A stretch of 64,000 bases of DNA, taken from assembly GCA_026023565.1 (NCBI GenBank), contig JAPETS010000017.1, positions 124,001 to 188,000 on the forward strand. Direction: 5' to 3'. Within the stretch, counting starts at the first letter, position 1. Every line of letters starts with the position of its first letter. Made by a program: the position numbers and the translations under genes. Shown piece by piece: positions 1 through 13,561 of the stretch. This stretch comes from Cirrosporium novae-zelandiae. Lineage: Eukaryota. The notes under the pieces are model-generated. The model was not told the origin of the DNA. It searched no databases and saw nothing but the letters and a program-made list of their open reading frames with translations.

Positions 1-2266
1 AGAAAGAGATACTGGTCCAATTCGGCTAAAAACATACCAACTCGGTCCAACAGTTCATGTTACGACCCAATCGCCCGTGGTCTCAGCGCTATGGCACCCT
101 CTAGGCGTCGATGGGAACGCATTTGTTACTGTGACTGCTGATGCAGCTGTTCGAATATGGGAACTCAGTAAGGGAAACCATTGGTCATTTGACAGCCCTA
201 ATATGGCTATTGATTTACAAAAGCTTGCGGATGCTATTTCGATGGAAGATGATGTAGCGCCGGAGGGGTATGGGAAGAACAAGGGATTCTCGGCAGATGT
301 ATTTGACATGGAAGTTGCATCAGCATGTTTCGGAGGTGCTGGTCTACCGCAAGAAAATGGGTGGAGTAGTATGACTCTCTGGGTTGGAATGAAAACTGGA
401 GATGTATACGCACTTTGTCCCCTACTCCCCTCTAAATGGCAGCCAACTACAACTACTTTGGCAACTCTTTCGGCGGAAGTAGTATCCAAAAACGCAATGG
501 TCCAGGAGGATCCATCTTCTGACGTCATGACCAGGAGGAAGTACGACCAACAATACCATTGGTTGTCAGCAATCGATGATGAGGATCCTCTATTTCTTCC
601 TGGCAGAACAGAATTTTCTTCTGAGGTTGGAGTTTACTCTCGACCAAACCAATCTGGACCGGTGCCAAAACTACAGGGCCCCTTTCAGATCAATAAGGGG
701 GCCTTTGAATACGATTCCGATATCACCGACATACACGTAATTGCTGCTAACCTTGATGACGAATTAATGGATAACCTACACAGTGAGGATGAACAACATG
801 AACTCTCAATCACGACTGTCTGCCTTCTTACAGTCGAAGGTACGGTTCACATATGCTTGGATCTTATAGGCGTTGAGGGAGAATGGCTTCCCCAGAAAAA
901 ATATCATTCCGATCAACCACTTGTCCCCCCGGAACTGCCAAGTCTTACCCTCGTTGAGTCATTAGAGACCCTGCCAGAATCCCATATGGACGAGTCTAGC
1001 TGGCCAATATTTACAGCCGATGTCCAAAGCCCCTATGCATTCTTCGTTACCCACAATGCTGGTGTATCTTATATATCTATATCCGACTGGGTTGCAAAGG
1101 TGGAAGCGGAACTGGATAGCATGGATGCAAGCGGTGCAGCCTTCCGCATGCAAATGCTCACCGAAGGTCACAAAGCCTCAAGGCAACAAATTATCGAATT
1201 TGATAGCGATTCAACATCCACGACCAAGACCTCTCCAGCAGGCTGTATTGTATTCCACGATTCGGGCCTAGGCTATTTTCTCCTGACAATGACTACGATA
1301 CGTCCCTTCGCCGTAACGCTAGACGCACCTGACTCCCAGCCCCCTCTAAACGACGACAATGAGGACTTTGGAAAAGTGACGGAAATACTGACTTCTGCCC
1401 CCCGGCGGCATCCCTTCGAACCACTGGAGTGCCTCTGGTCCGACACGGCTCTCACACAATTCTTGGCCACCTATGTCCCTACCCACCAACGCTCAACTAT
1501 ACACTCTGAAATTCGCCTTTCCCCCGCGACATTGGAAACCATGACCCTTGCGCACCGAGTTCTCAGCGCCGAAACCAATGTCATCGGTCTTGCAGCGGCT
1601 GACCTATTTGTCCGTTGTGAGCGTCTCCGTGATGAGTTCAAAGAACAAGTTCGGAGTGTAGGGGATGTAAGCACCAAAGTGGAAAGAATTGTGGACGAGG
1701 ATGCGGATGATTATGACGAGCGACCTTTGGAGGGTGGAAGGAGGGGAAATGAGGGTGTTGAGAGAAGAATTAGGGATGCGAAGGCCAGGCAAACGGAGTT
1801 GACGGAAAGGTACGATAGACTGAGGAGGAAAGTCGCAAGACTAGGAAGGAAGGAACTGAGCGAAAAAGAACTGAATTGGATGGGCGAAATTCGAGAAATG
1901 GAAAAATCTCTATTTCCACCAGAAGAACGGGAGGGGGCGGAGGATGACTACAACGAGGAGGGGATGGAAGTTTGGAGGAGGTTTGAAACTGTAAGCATAT
2001 CCTTGCTATTTGACTTTATTCCTATTATACTATATTATCCCTAACTCGTCTTATAGGTTCGTGGTCTCGCAGCCCAGCTTGTGGAAGAAGCCCAGTCAGC
2101 GGCCAACAATCAAAACGGCACACCAGAATCGGCCAGCAGTCACTTTGCCATCCCTCCAGAGATCCGCAAGGCTAATATGAACAAAGTGAAGTCTATGCTT
2201 GAGAGAGAGTCGGCCCTTGTTGATGCTGCGACGGCAAGGTTAGAACGGCTGAACCTCTCGTTATAA
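1..2266 (+). CDS. NUP82: Nucleoporin Nup82-like (5' end outside the window); intron 1991-2056
   Basis: Frame is open from base 2 (…IRLKTYQLGPTVHVTTQSPVVSALWHPLG…). Beta-propeller-like N-terminal part (WHP, 'YALCPLLP') is followed by a C-terminal coiled coil. GTAAGC…CTAAC…TAG intron joins in frame to the 2057-2266 exon. Confidence 0.8.
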
Positions 2267-2785
2267 ATGTAACAATGTTATTTCTCGTCATAAGCTTGTG
2301 GAAAGGCGTGGGAAGATTAGGTCCTTGGTTGTTTCAATCAGATATTGTAGGAAAGCGGGAAACTCAAAAGCGTCTTGTCTTTGGTGTGTGATGATAGATG
2401 AAGATAATACTTTGTAGAATCAATGTGATGGTGGTTATAATAAAATAGTGAGGGTCGTCATAGTAAAGTTGGTGGTCCAAACATTGGTCCCCCAAAGCTT
2501 AGCGGGTTAGCTTTCCCGTGGTGCCCATCAAAAGCTTCAAAATTGATGGAGAAATTGGAAAAACTTGATGCCGAAAATCGGAACATCTGGCTCTCATACG
2601 CCAAGTCTCGAAAAGTTTGGAGACTGGAAGGAGGGATCGAAATCAATTCAACATCTATTAATATTTGTATATCTCCCCCATCAAGCTCCTGTGCTTTTCA
2701 TCCCTTCTTTATTCCTCCCCCATTATCATCGTCCTTCTTCCGCCTGTCCGACTCTCCATCTTTTTCCCTCCAGAATAATTTCAAA

Positions 2786-3503
2786 ATGCCTTCATTCTGG
2801 GACACATTAACCGGCCGCAACACCTCCCCATCTTCGCCTCTCCCGACTCAACAAGCACCTACCATCCAACAGCCGTCTCCTTTTGATTCTTCCCGAAACC
2901 AGGATGCTTCTGATCTGCTCGCCTCCGCAATTCCTGATCCCTCACAACTGCACCCTTTAGCTGGCCTTAATCAGGATACACTTGATTACCTCAACCTGGA
3001 AGACTCCGCTCTTTCCACTCTCCCCGGCTCACGTTCTGCTCTTCCGTCGCGCGGCTGGTCCGATGATCTCTGCTATGGTACAGGTGTATTATATCTTGCT
3101 GGTCTGTCTGTGGGAGGCAGCTGGGGTCTAGCGGAAGGTCTAAACCGCTCGCCCCCCGGAGCTCCTCCTAGGCTACGTCTCAACTCTGTACTCAACTCGG
3201 TGACACGAAGAGGGCCATTCATGGGGAACAGCGCGGGTGTGTTAGCACTCGTATATAATATAATCAACTCAGTTCTTGGGAGAGTGAGGGGGAAGCACGA
3301 TGCTGCGAACAGTATCGCGGCGGGCGCATTGAGCGGGATGATGTTTAAGTGTACTAGGGGTTTAAAACCGATGATGATTTCGAGTAGTCTGGTCGCTGGC
3401 GCGGCGGGCGCTTGGGCAGTAAGAAATCTTTGGATTGCCTATTTCGCCTTGGGTATGTAAAATGCTAATATCTCCATAGGTCGCCAGGAGAGCTCTCGCC
3501 TAA
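2786..3503 (+). CDS. TIM23: Mitochondrial inner-membrane translocase subunit Tim23; intron 3419-3479
   Basis: Motifs LHPLAGL, LPSRGWSDDLCYGTG, LNSVTRRGPFMGNSAG, RGKHDAANSIAAGALSG. ATG at 2786; last exon VARRALA*. Confidence 0.95.
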
Positions 3504-4242
3504 GCGCTTTTCTTTAACAAAAAAAAACCATAACCTGGTTTTTCGCATTTGGATAGCTTCTTAAAATGCTCCACCTTGTACGATTTTCCCCATTAACGTC
3601 CATAAAATTCGCATCATGCGTACCTTCGGTTCAGCGGGCGGCGTCGGGAAAAAAATCTTCACTCTGTGGCTCATGATGCTATTATTGATAGCCATTGGGC
3701 TCATGGTTTAGCTGGGAGGGTTGGGATTGTACTTGTATATATAGTTACGCTAGACTTGTTTTTTACGGTGCTGCAATGCTGCTGGCATGAAGGAGGTTTT
3801 AGAGGACTATGAGATGAATTTTAGGGCTCTAGGCTTTATAATAATCCATGATTATTGAGGAATTAAGTCGAGTTTTCCAAGAACTTGGTCCACCATTCAA
3901 TGGTCAGCGAGCCAATCTATAAGTGCTCAGGGCAATAAGTTTTCAACTTGGTTGTCCACCCTATTCAGCTGCTCCCTGCTGTATAAGAATGTAGGTATGG
4001 TTGGATACACACTACTAGGAAGAAGTTGCTCGTCATGGTTGTTTAGTTGATAGTGGCTGCTGATCTTCAGTCCTTAGGCGCGCTAACGGCACTTTTATTT
4101 TTCTACTCCGACATCATTCTTTGAGAATTACATTTTGACCCATGATTGAATATTCCACAACGGGTAATCAGAAATCTCTTCTCACTAGGCTCCAACTCTT
4201 CGGGTACTTTTTTAATCCATATTATGGACCAGGTCTTTACAA

Positions 4243-7200
4243 ATGGAGAACCAAGTAGAGTCACCAGATCTTTCGGCTTCCAACCAATCCAAGGTCAATG
4301 ATGACCTTGATCCTCCAATTCTGATGCCAGAAGAATATTTGAGAAGCATGGGCAAATCATTCAAGTCTACCATATTTCCCCAAAAGAATTCTCAATCAGA
4401 CCCAGGGATGCTGTTTCGGTATGTTCCTCACAGCATTTAGTCATCGAATCGACCAAGCCAGTCCAGACTTGGGCCGAAGGCAATCTGCAATGATTCTTCG
4501 GGCTAGAGATATACATATTCTTGATAGTTCGTTGTGTATACTTGAAATAGAGGTAGATGTTTATTGAACACCGCCAATCATATTGAATGGACAGAATTCT
4601 GAAGGAAATGTCTAGCCTTGATCAATCCTTGATTTCTCGGTGCATTTCTTTTTCACCTTATGTTATATTCTCATCTGCCTCTGGTTCTGGTTTGGTCGGG
4701 CTTGGTTGGTTTGGAAATTTCTATAGGCAAAGAAGACATGTTCTAATCATGCCACAGATCTTTGCGGGCTATGCTTAATAGTTTAATATTTACAGCGGAT
4801 AGCCCCTCCATTGCCATGTCCCATAGGATTGCTGCTTGTCATACTCTCTCCGGCTTCTTAGAGGAGTGCTTAAAGTCACCTTTTCTATATATCCAACAAC
4901 TTGGATTTTCCCAAGATACTGGAGAGACGATATTTTCCATCTATTTAGATCGATTTAATGACTGTCCGGCCAAGCCAATGAGACAACTCCTTTCCACACT
5001 TGCGGCGAGCATCTCAGGCAACCCGGACACGAAAGTTGCGAGGTATCTGCATGGAAAGGTCCTAGAAACCCTACTTCTCCTAATTTTCAACAAGGATTCT
5101 AGCTCTAAAATTAGGCCTGCTTGCCAAGGATTGGCTCTTTTCCTTCGCAAGAGGGTCCTTACTGTTGAAGATGTTATATATGCCATCCGTGACTTACAGC
5201 TAGGTGTCGATGTTCCTACCCTGAAAGGTCCAGATCAGATCGAACTCTGGGAAACCTATGTGGAAACATTTACATTGGGAGCTCTTAGACGAATGGCCGA
5301 AACCGATATGGGTCCTGCTGTAGGTGGCATGCTTTCCACGTTCTTCGGGTTATTGATGCAGAATGGATCTCCCCAGCAAGATTTCTTCCACTCTGCTACC
5401 AGTTTTCCACTTTGGGTAGTTCCAGTAAAGAGAGTAGTCAAGGAGCAGCCCAATGTCATGGACAATTTACAACATCATCTATTCCCTGACTTATTGAAAC
5501 TCAATCGTCCTAGCTTTATTCAATTTATGGGGTCACTGCCTCTAAAGAACTTGATCCTTGGAAAATCATTAGGTGGAGATGATACCGAGGTATCATTGCT
5601 ATTTTGCTTATTACAAGTCGGAAGAGAGCTTGGTTTAATTGGAGCACCTGGTACGCGGCATTATTATTCATATGGGGTGGAAACAATTTCAAACTGACAT
5701 GTCTTAGGAAATGTGTCTAGTAAAATCGAATCAGACAGATTGGCCATTCATGATGGCGTTTTTGGTCACTATCTAGGACACGCTACTTCTAGAGTTCGGA
5801 TTGCAGCACTTTCAATATTGATTAGCACCACCTCTATAACTAAACCTTTTTCTGAAGCTGCCCTTTCGTCGCTGCAACAATATCTGCCTCAATTGCATGC
5901 CGATATTGATGCAAAGTTTAGGAACGATGTACTTAGTTTGTCACGTAAGTTAGTTTTTAGATTACGTGCGAGTACCTCCTATCTAGTCAGACTGGAACAG
6001 CAGCAGGTGAAAGCTGCTGAACCGGTAGATATGACCTTGCGGCAAATTCGTTTCCAAATTAGCTTCTGTCAATGGTACGTGAACTTTTTGACTTTCGAGC
6101 TTCGTTCCACTGCCTCCTACCAACGACATATTGTGGCTCTTAAAGCCCTGATGATTCTGCTACGATCAGATGTAGAAAAGACCCCGAATCAAAACCAGAT
6201 AACGGCTATCAATGGTCGCCTTATGTGGCTACCGGGTATTCAGATCTTTCGACCAGTTCTCGTCCGAATGTTATTTGACTTAATTGTCGATCCGTTTGAT
6301 GATGTCCGGCTCACGGCGACAATGCTTCTGGACTTGGCACCAGAGGAATCGCTATTAGGTCGATCAGATGCCTCTGAACAAAATTCAAAAGACGTGCAAG
6401 ATGTTCGACTCCTCACGATACTTCAACAAGCAGAGGGAATGATGCGACGTACTGGCAGAGCTGACCACTCAGATGGTGTGGCTCGGCTTTACCAGATCTT
6501 ATTCACCAAATGCGAGTTTGGGAAAAGTAATAAATGGTGGCAATCTCGGAGTGCTATAGTTGATCATATTCTTGTAGAATTGGAAAGGGGGGTTCAAGTT
6601 GCTAAGATGAATCTTCGCCTGGCTGTCTCCTCTGCCCCTATCCATGGATATTTGATCGCATTAAGGTGGGTAGAAAATGACTTCTTCAGAATATTTAATT
6701 CTAACCCCTTCTAGGTATATTGTCAGTCAGCCCGACTTTTATTCTCTTATAGAGGAATCGGAGAATACCTATACCTCCTGGCGATCTATACAGGATCGAA
6801 TCATGAAATTCTCTCGAGACATTTGGGAATCTTCATGGGGTATCCTGTGTATAGAATCTCCAGAGGGGCATGAAGAGGATGAAGATGATGATCTTGATAT
6901 AGGAGTCAAGGATACGCTCTCGTTCTCCTGGAGAGCCGTGAAGGAATCAAGGTTTGCAAGCTCTTTCTTGGTTTCATTGATCCGGTCTGATGAAGATAGT
7001 TCCCTATTGCAAGCAATAGTTTCAAACAGCAGCTATGGACCAAATAGTGAGAATGATGGCCTTGGGTTTGAGGATTTCAAATCGGTCGGTGGTCTTTGTT
7101 TCACTCAGTTGGCTGAGCTCCGACATCGAGGAGCCTTTTCCACTGTATCTTCTACTTTTGCTTCTTGCTGCCAGCGATGTATCAAATCGGACGATAAATC

Positions 7201-9956
7201 CGTAGCTGGGCTTCCTTTTTCATGGTATCAGGTATGTTTTATCGGATACATTCACGTTGCTTGCTGATATTGCATAGGATACGCTTAAAGCCATCGATGA
7301 TCAAGCAGCGCAGCTCACACGACGTTCTGCCGGTCTTCCTGCGCTCATTACTGGTATACTCAGCGCCTCTCCACTCGGGAAGTTCTTTAACAACGTTCTT
7401 TCTGACCTCATTGGAATTTCATCTATCGTTGTGACCTCCCCAACTAGTAATGAAGGGCTTCGTCTTCCCCAAGTGCATGCACTAAATTGTCTCAAGGATA
7501 TTGTTGTTCATACAAAACTTGGACCTAATACTGACACCCATTCTTCCCAGCTTCTTGATCTTGCTATCAAATCGCTTGGCTCATCAGTGTAAGTAAAGCT
7601 ATATCCTAGTATAGAAGTTACTAAGCTATATCTAGGTGGGCAATTCGTAATTGTGGCATGATGCTCTTCAAAGCTTTAATAGATCGTATGTCATATAACG
7701 AGGGTTCTGGTCCCGAGAGCAGCATAGTTACTCCCTCCCCACGATTATCGTTTGATAAATATGCCCATATTTCCAAGGCACTGTCATCGCTGTTTAAGCA
7801 GCGCACTCACGAGAGCAGTGATAAGAATTCAGTACGGGGATGCAAAAACATGGCCGACGAAGAACTCATGAATGAACTAGTTTTTCCAGCTTTGGAGATT
7901 GCATCACGTACAAAGTTCTCCGACGATCAAGTCCTTGCTGTCAAGCAAAAGGTTCTGAGAGATTTGGACAGCAATATCTGGCTTATTAGGACGAAGGCCT
8001 CCCGAACATATGCCATCTTGACAAAAGAGATGGATGCGGTTCAGGCTATAAGCGAGATGTTGTTATTTTCCCAGAAAACTTCCAATGCCCTTCATGGCAG
8101 GCTTATATGCATTAAAGAACTTATCCAAAGACTCAGTCTATCAAGAATACAGGAATGGGAGGCGCGGACTTTTGGTCTCCTTCTTGATAGCACTAAGCTG
8201 GTACTACCTCGAAGGAGCTGTATCAACCCCGACACGGAAAAACAAGGCAGACAAACAAAATATAGTCCATTCACCGTCGCTGCATTCATAGATGTTGTGA
8301 ATATGATGCTTGAGCGAAATCTGTTAGCATCAGAAGTTTCTACTCTCAATGACTATCTAGAATTGCTCGAGAAATCTGGATACATTCGGGCAGTACAGGA
8401 ATTATTCACCTCGCTCGATTCTCGTCAACGTGATTCGTTCAATAATATCACACAGTCTCTAGTCATCGGGCATGAAGACCAAAGTTCCAGTCATGCTGCA
8501 ACGCCATCTCTCCGCATTGCAGTTATCTCGAGTCTTGTCTTCTTATCGCTACTCCGGGATGGTGAAAAGGATCTTCTATCCATAGTGGACCCGTTGATCG
8601 AAATAGATCTAGATGCTGCATGCAAAGTCATTGATCAACTAGTTGGTATCAGTTCTCAGCGAAGAGAATTTGATCTCAACCTATGTAACCTTTTCACTAG
8701 AATCATCCTCGGCCATTCGCCTACAGATGTTCAATCTTCTGCGATTAACGGCCTGGCGTTCATTCTAGACAGTCATCTAGTACAACCCAAAGATGGTGTT
8801 CTTCTAGAGAGTTGGATTCAAGAAAAGAAATCGCTTCTGCTAGAACGAATTCTTTCAAGAGATCACTCGTCGCCGATGTTGTTTGACGCAGATTTGCGAC
8901 TTCGGGGATGCCTTCTTGCTCTCGTATGGCAGTCGCATGCCGATCTTGGGAGCATATCGAATCTCGCAGGAGACATCACAGCTTGGATCTCGCTATTGCG
9001 GTTTGCCGGCGATGAAAGAAGCGTAAGCCAATCCATAATCGCTAAAACAAATATCATCTAACCGAGTTTTAAAGGACTTTTCAACAAGATTCAGCGCTGC
9101 TATATCCTTAAAAGCATTTCTTCTTGGTATCCAAAAGCGCAAGACCACCTCTAAACATCATCCCATATTACTCCAGGTCTACCTTACTCTTTATGACGTC
9201 ATGAACGACGACGATGAAGAAATAAGAGACGTTGGAGCGGCGGTAGCTTCAGTCGTTGTAGTAGACGACGCGTCCGAAGGAACAATGCCATTAAACCCCC
9301 TAGCCGCAAGTCCCCAACTCTTAGACTTCCTAACCAAAAACTTTTCCAACTCCCCCGACCTGATGCGCGCAGCCATTACAAGGTTATCCGGAAGCAGCAA
9401 CGCCCCCAACTCTCCAACCAACACCAAAACCGACCCGCTCACCCTCCCATCAGCCCCAGACCTGCTGCAACAAGCTCAGCAGGAAGACACCTCCCTCTTC
9501 GTGGAGGAAAAACAAAACCTTTTCATCGATCCAGTCTTGGAAATCGCTAAATGGTCGAATCTCCTAACCCACCTCTCCTTACCTCCATCTACATCCCCAC
9601 CCCCCACCCTCCTAATCTCCCCCTTCAAGCTCTACATCCATACCGGCCTCCACGCCCTAAAAACCACTCTCGCCTCAACCCCCCCCTCCGGCCCCCTCGG
9701 CTGGACCTCAAAACCCGAAACGTTCGTTCTCGGTTTGCGGTTCCTGCATGCGGCTGGTGTTGGTTTGTGTTGGGCGGAGAAGGAAAAAGAGAAAGAGGGG
9801 GTTGAGATGGGCGATGGTTGGGTTGTTGGGGTGAGAGAGGTGCTGGGGGGGATTCTTGAGGAAGGGGGGAGGAAAGGGGTGCATCCGGCGTGGTTGGAGA
9901 TTGTGGGGGAGGTGTTGGAGGGGAGGCTTGCTATTGGGGTGGCCCCCCCTTCGTAA
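4243..9956 (+). CDS. TRM732: THADA/Trm732-like HEAT/armadillo protein (DUF2428), partner of the tRNA 2'-O-methyltransferase Trm7; multi-exon
   Basis: Motifs SWRAVKES, QLAELRHRGAFS, TRRSAGLP, LPQVHALNCLK, WAIRNCGMMLFKAL, LYDVMNDDDEEIR and LFVEEKQNLFID occur across consecutive exons joined by GT-AG introns (first ones 4419-4594 and 4640-4757). Confidence 0.85.
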
Positions 9957-10920
9957 GGATCAAACCCTCCATCTAAATCCAAATCCCTAACTTCATAGAT
10001 AAATAGATAGATAAATAACTACATCGGGTAAATAGAGATAAATCCTATTCCGTAAATGTATGTATGTGAATCAATCGCTAACAGCAATGTTTTATCTATT
10101 TGTTTGTTTGTTGGCTTTGCTTGTTTGTTGTCGCTTTTTGGTCGTTTGTTGGATGATTGACGATTGACGATTGATGATTGATGCTTGTGTGTGTGTATGA
10201 GGCAGGTAGGCTTCCAGAGAAAATATTAGGTACAATCTTTAGTTTGTTTCATTTCACTGATTGATTGCTATATCATCTATCATGTACTGCACATGTAGTA
10301 TACTAACCTTCGTCTAACTAAACAACAATAACAACAACGACAACAACAATGCTTTGTTTATTGTTCCCTTGTTTTATTGTGTTATTGTCCTGGTGATTAT
10401 TTCCTCTCCCCCTTTGTTTTTCGTTCTTAAGAATTGCCTTCTCATTTGGGATCATTAGATTGAATGACATGACATGTGTCTCCCCGTATGTGGAATTTTA
10501 TGTATACATACCAACGAACAAATAAAACGAACAAACGATTTATTATCAATCCATCCATCTATCTATCTATTACCAGTCTTCCCCTTCCCTTTACACTTCC
10601 ATCTTCGCCCTTTTTGGGGGGGTTATGTGCTTAGGCTTAGGCTTAGGTTCTAATTCTCCTCCTGACTTTTTTGTGTTTTTATTCTTATTCTTGCACTGTA
10701 ATCGAACCTATCTTGGATCTGGAACCTATTTTTCGTTTTTTTAGTTTTCGTTTTTATTGAGAGGTAGGCTGGGATTATCGCTGTTGGGTTGTTAAAAGCT
10801 GCCTAGGAGGTAGGTAGGTAGGGAGGTAGCCCGAAGCAAATACCATATCCCACGAATTTAATCCGTTTATTCAATTCGTCTCCAGGGAGGAACGGAACCG
10901 ACGTGGGTTATCATATTATC

Positions 10921-13043
10921 ATGGCGCTCATATTAATATCTGCCCGATCGTCATCCCAACCCAGCAATGAAACCGCAACCGTCGTTGGTGTGAGTCTTGG
11001 TATGGGATTACTGATTGTATTTATCGTTACCATGTTCCTACACTATATGCTACGCAAAGCATATCGGTTGAGAGTGACGCGGGGGAGACACGCAAGAAAA
11101 TATGAGAAGGAATATAATAGAGGTGGTAATGGTGATATGCAAAGGTACGCGGAGGAAGGGCGGAGAGGAGGGGGAGGAGGAGGGCCTAGAGCTGGTGGTG
11201 GTAGCAGCGGCGAAGGAAGTGAGGGGAGTGGGAAGAAGGGCTTGGAGTCAAGACGTACCGCGGGACAGATAGGGGTGGGGGTGGAAAAGGAAATGAAACG
11301 TGAAAGGCGGCGTATGCCATCTTTAGAGGAAATACCAAGGGAACCTCCCAGAGCGGCGAGGAAAAAACACCGACACCGACACCAGCACCAGCAGCCAAAT
11401 TATTGGGTTGATTCTGGTGGTGGTGATCCAGCAGAGATGATAACTCAACCTCAACGTGGGAGAAATAATAATGGTAGGGTTCCGGCCGTTCGGTATTGGG
11501 ATATGAATACGCTGCCGCTCTACGGTGATGATCCGTCAATGGAATATGAGAATCGGTTTAGGGGGGGTATGCCACTACCACCAGAGATGATGGGCTATGA
11601 TGATGATGATGATGATGATGCATCGGACATGGAAAACGAGCCATCACCTCCGAGGAGGGTGTCGTCGGGGGCCCGTAGTAAGCATCATCATCGTAGGCAG
11701 AGACCACCACCACCGGAAGAAGAAGTGGCGGATTTTCCTCGTCGTCAGGAGGAAGTATTTGTTGGTCCTGAATATTATCCACTATCGTATGGAATGAACG
11801 GAACGAATGGAATGGCGGCGGCGGTACCTACTGAACAGGATTCCCCCCCCGAAGAACAAGAAGGTGGTCTTATGGAAGCAGATTTCATTACCAGAGGGGG
11901 AATAGATCCTAGACAGATAAGGGTTTCTAATAAATTGGGAGCGAGGAGAACCACCATGAGAGGAGGACAAGGACAAGGACGAGGACGAGGACGAGGACGA
12001 GATCGAGGACTACTACAGATGCGGAAAACTCGTGCGGAAAGGATGATTCCGCCTCCTCCTTCTAGGGCTAGGGCCCAGATGGGGATTTCTAGAGGTGGTG
12101 ATGGTGGTTCAGAGGTGGGAGGAAGTATGGATGAAGAAGAGGGTCAAGAACCTCCAAGTTAGTTTTCTCCTGTGAGTTCCTTTTCTCCTGTTTTTTCGGT
12201 TATGGATGCTGTGGTCCTCAAGACAAGGAGAAACTCGTCTATTTGATCTGGTTAAATCTGATATTGGAAATTGGGAAGAGTTGAGGAATAGTCTAGAGTC
12301 TGGGATTATGAACAACACTCCGGATCCTCAAGATCCTCCAGATCCCCTAGAGGTTGCCACAACGGAAGCTCTTCAATCACCTAGTCATTCTCCAGCTGTG
12401 CAAGTTCAATCGCCTATCCCATCTCCTGCTTTCCATAGTTCAGTGCCAGATCCGCCTCCAGATATCAACTCTCCCGAAAGCAGGGCATCTCCAACCACAG
12501 ATCTCCCTCCGATGCAACAGATCAAACCCCAAAGTGAAAGCCCAAAGTGAAAGCACGGAAGATTCCTATTTCCGTCCCATTGATCCAGATGCAGACGATC
12601 AAAGCAAACAGCAGTTAAGAGCAGCTTCGTCAAATACACAGAATATCACCAAGTTAATATCTGGATCGCCCGCTAGGCCTGACGATGAAGTATCAGAGAT
12701 AAAGAGCTTCAGGTCTCAAAGTCCGTATATGATTCATGGATGGTTTAAATCCTCTATCCAAATCCAGTCTCCCATATTATCTCCCCAATCTCGGTCCCCA
12801 GCACTGACAGATCCACTGCCAATGCATTCTGGCCAGATATCTGCAGGGCTCATGTCTCCACAGTCACTAGCCTCAAATCCAGCATCTTCCGCCCCAGTTT
12901 TTCTGGGGCCAACGTCACCGAGGCATGCAAGAATATCTAAAAGCCAACCCCAAAGCTCTATCTCACAGACCAATAGATTGCCTGGTGGCTTTCATGCAGT
13001 GGCTCGGAGGAAAACTTCTATACAGAAAATCATCACACAGTAA
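10921..13043 (+). CDS. Hypothetical low-complexity protein with an N-terminal single TM helix; 3' part disrupted by a frameshift (possibly a pseudogenised allele)
   Basis: ORF 10903-12162 has a hydrophobic stretch (VVGVSLGMGLLIVFIVTMFLHYML) followed by basic residues. A plausible intron 12158-12278 links to the Pro/Ser-rich ORFs 12206-12550 and 12354-13043, which are offset by a 13-bp duplication. Confidence 0.45.
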
Positions 13044-13561
13044 GACTTTAGGACAAGGATTAGCGGCTGAGAAACAAGAAGAGGAAGAAAATAGAAGCCG
13101 ATTATCTCGACATATAAAGAATCGTCGTCTGGAGGCCCAAATTGGCGACGAGGAGCAACGAGAGTGAATGAAGCAAGGCAGGGTCGAATGATGCTGTTGT
13201 CACTGGAAGGTGGCTTCAAAGCTAGCGCCTAAAAAGCGATAAATCTTCATAGGTTCCCTTATAAACATAAATGCATCAATTCGCTGCACACACATAAAGC
13301 GTAAATACCACATAATTTCCATCACAAACTTGCAAAGTGTGTTGTTTGTTAAACCGTGGATCATCTTAGAGGTGTACGAGGTGTTCGGAGAGTTGCCAAA
13401 GTCAAGTGTTAGCCGAAACAATCAACTCCGTCATGGGCGATGCGGATAGAGGTACACAACCCCAGCTTTAACCAGCTTCATCAGCTTCATCTTCACCGTC
13501 CTCCTCTCTAGAAACTAACCTAGTATTCTCAACATATACAGATTATTTTGCGGGTGCAATC

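Noticed and set aside
2543..2785. 81-codon N-terminal extension of Tim23 in the ORF track
   Set aside because: It runs through pyrimidine-rich promoter/5'UTR-like DNA; ATG 2786 (AAAATG context) gives a normal-length Tim23.
10630..10647. (CTTAGG)3 resembling a telomeric repeat
   Set aside because: Only three copies, not TTAGGG, in a region full of assorted microsatellites.
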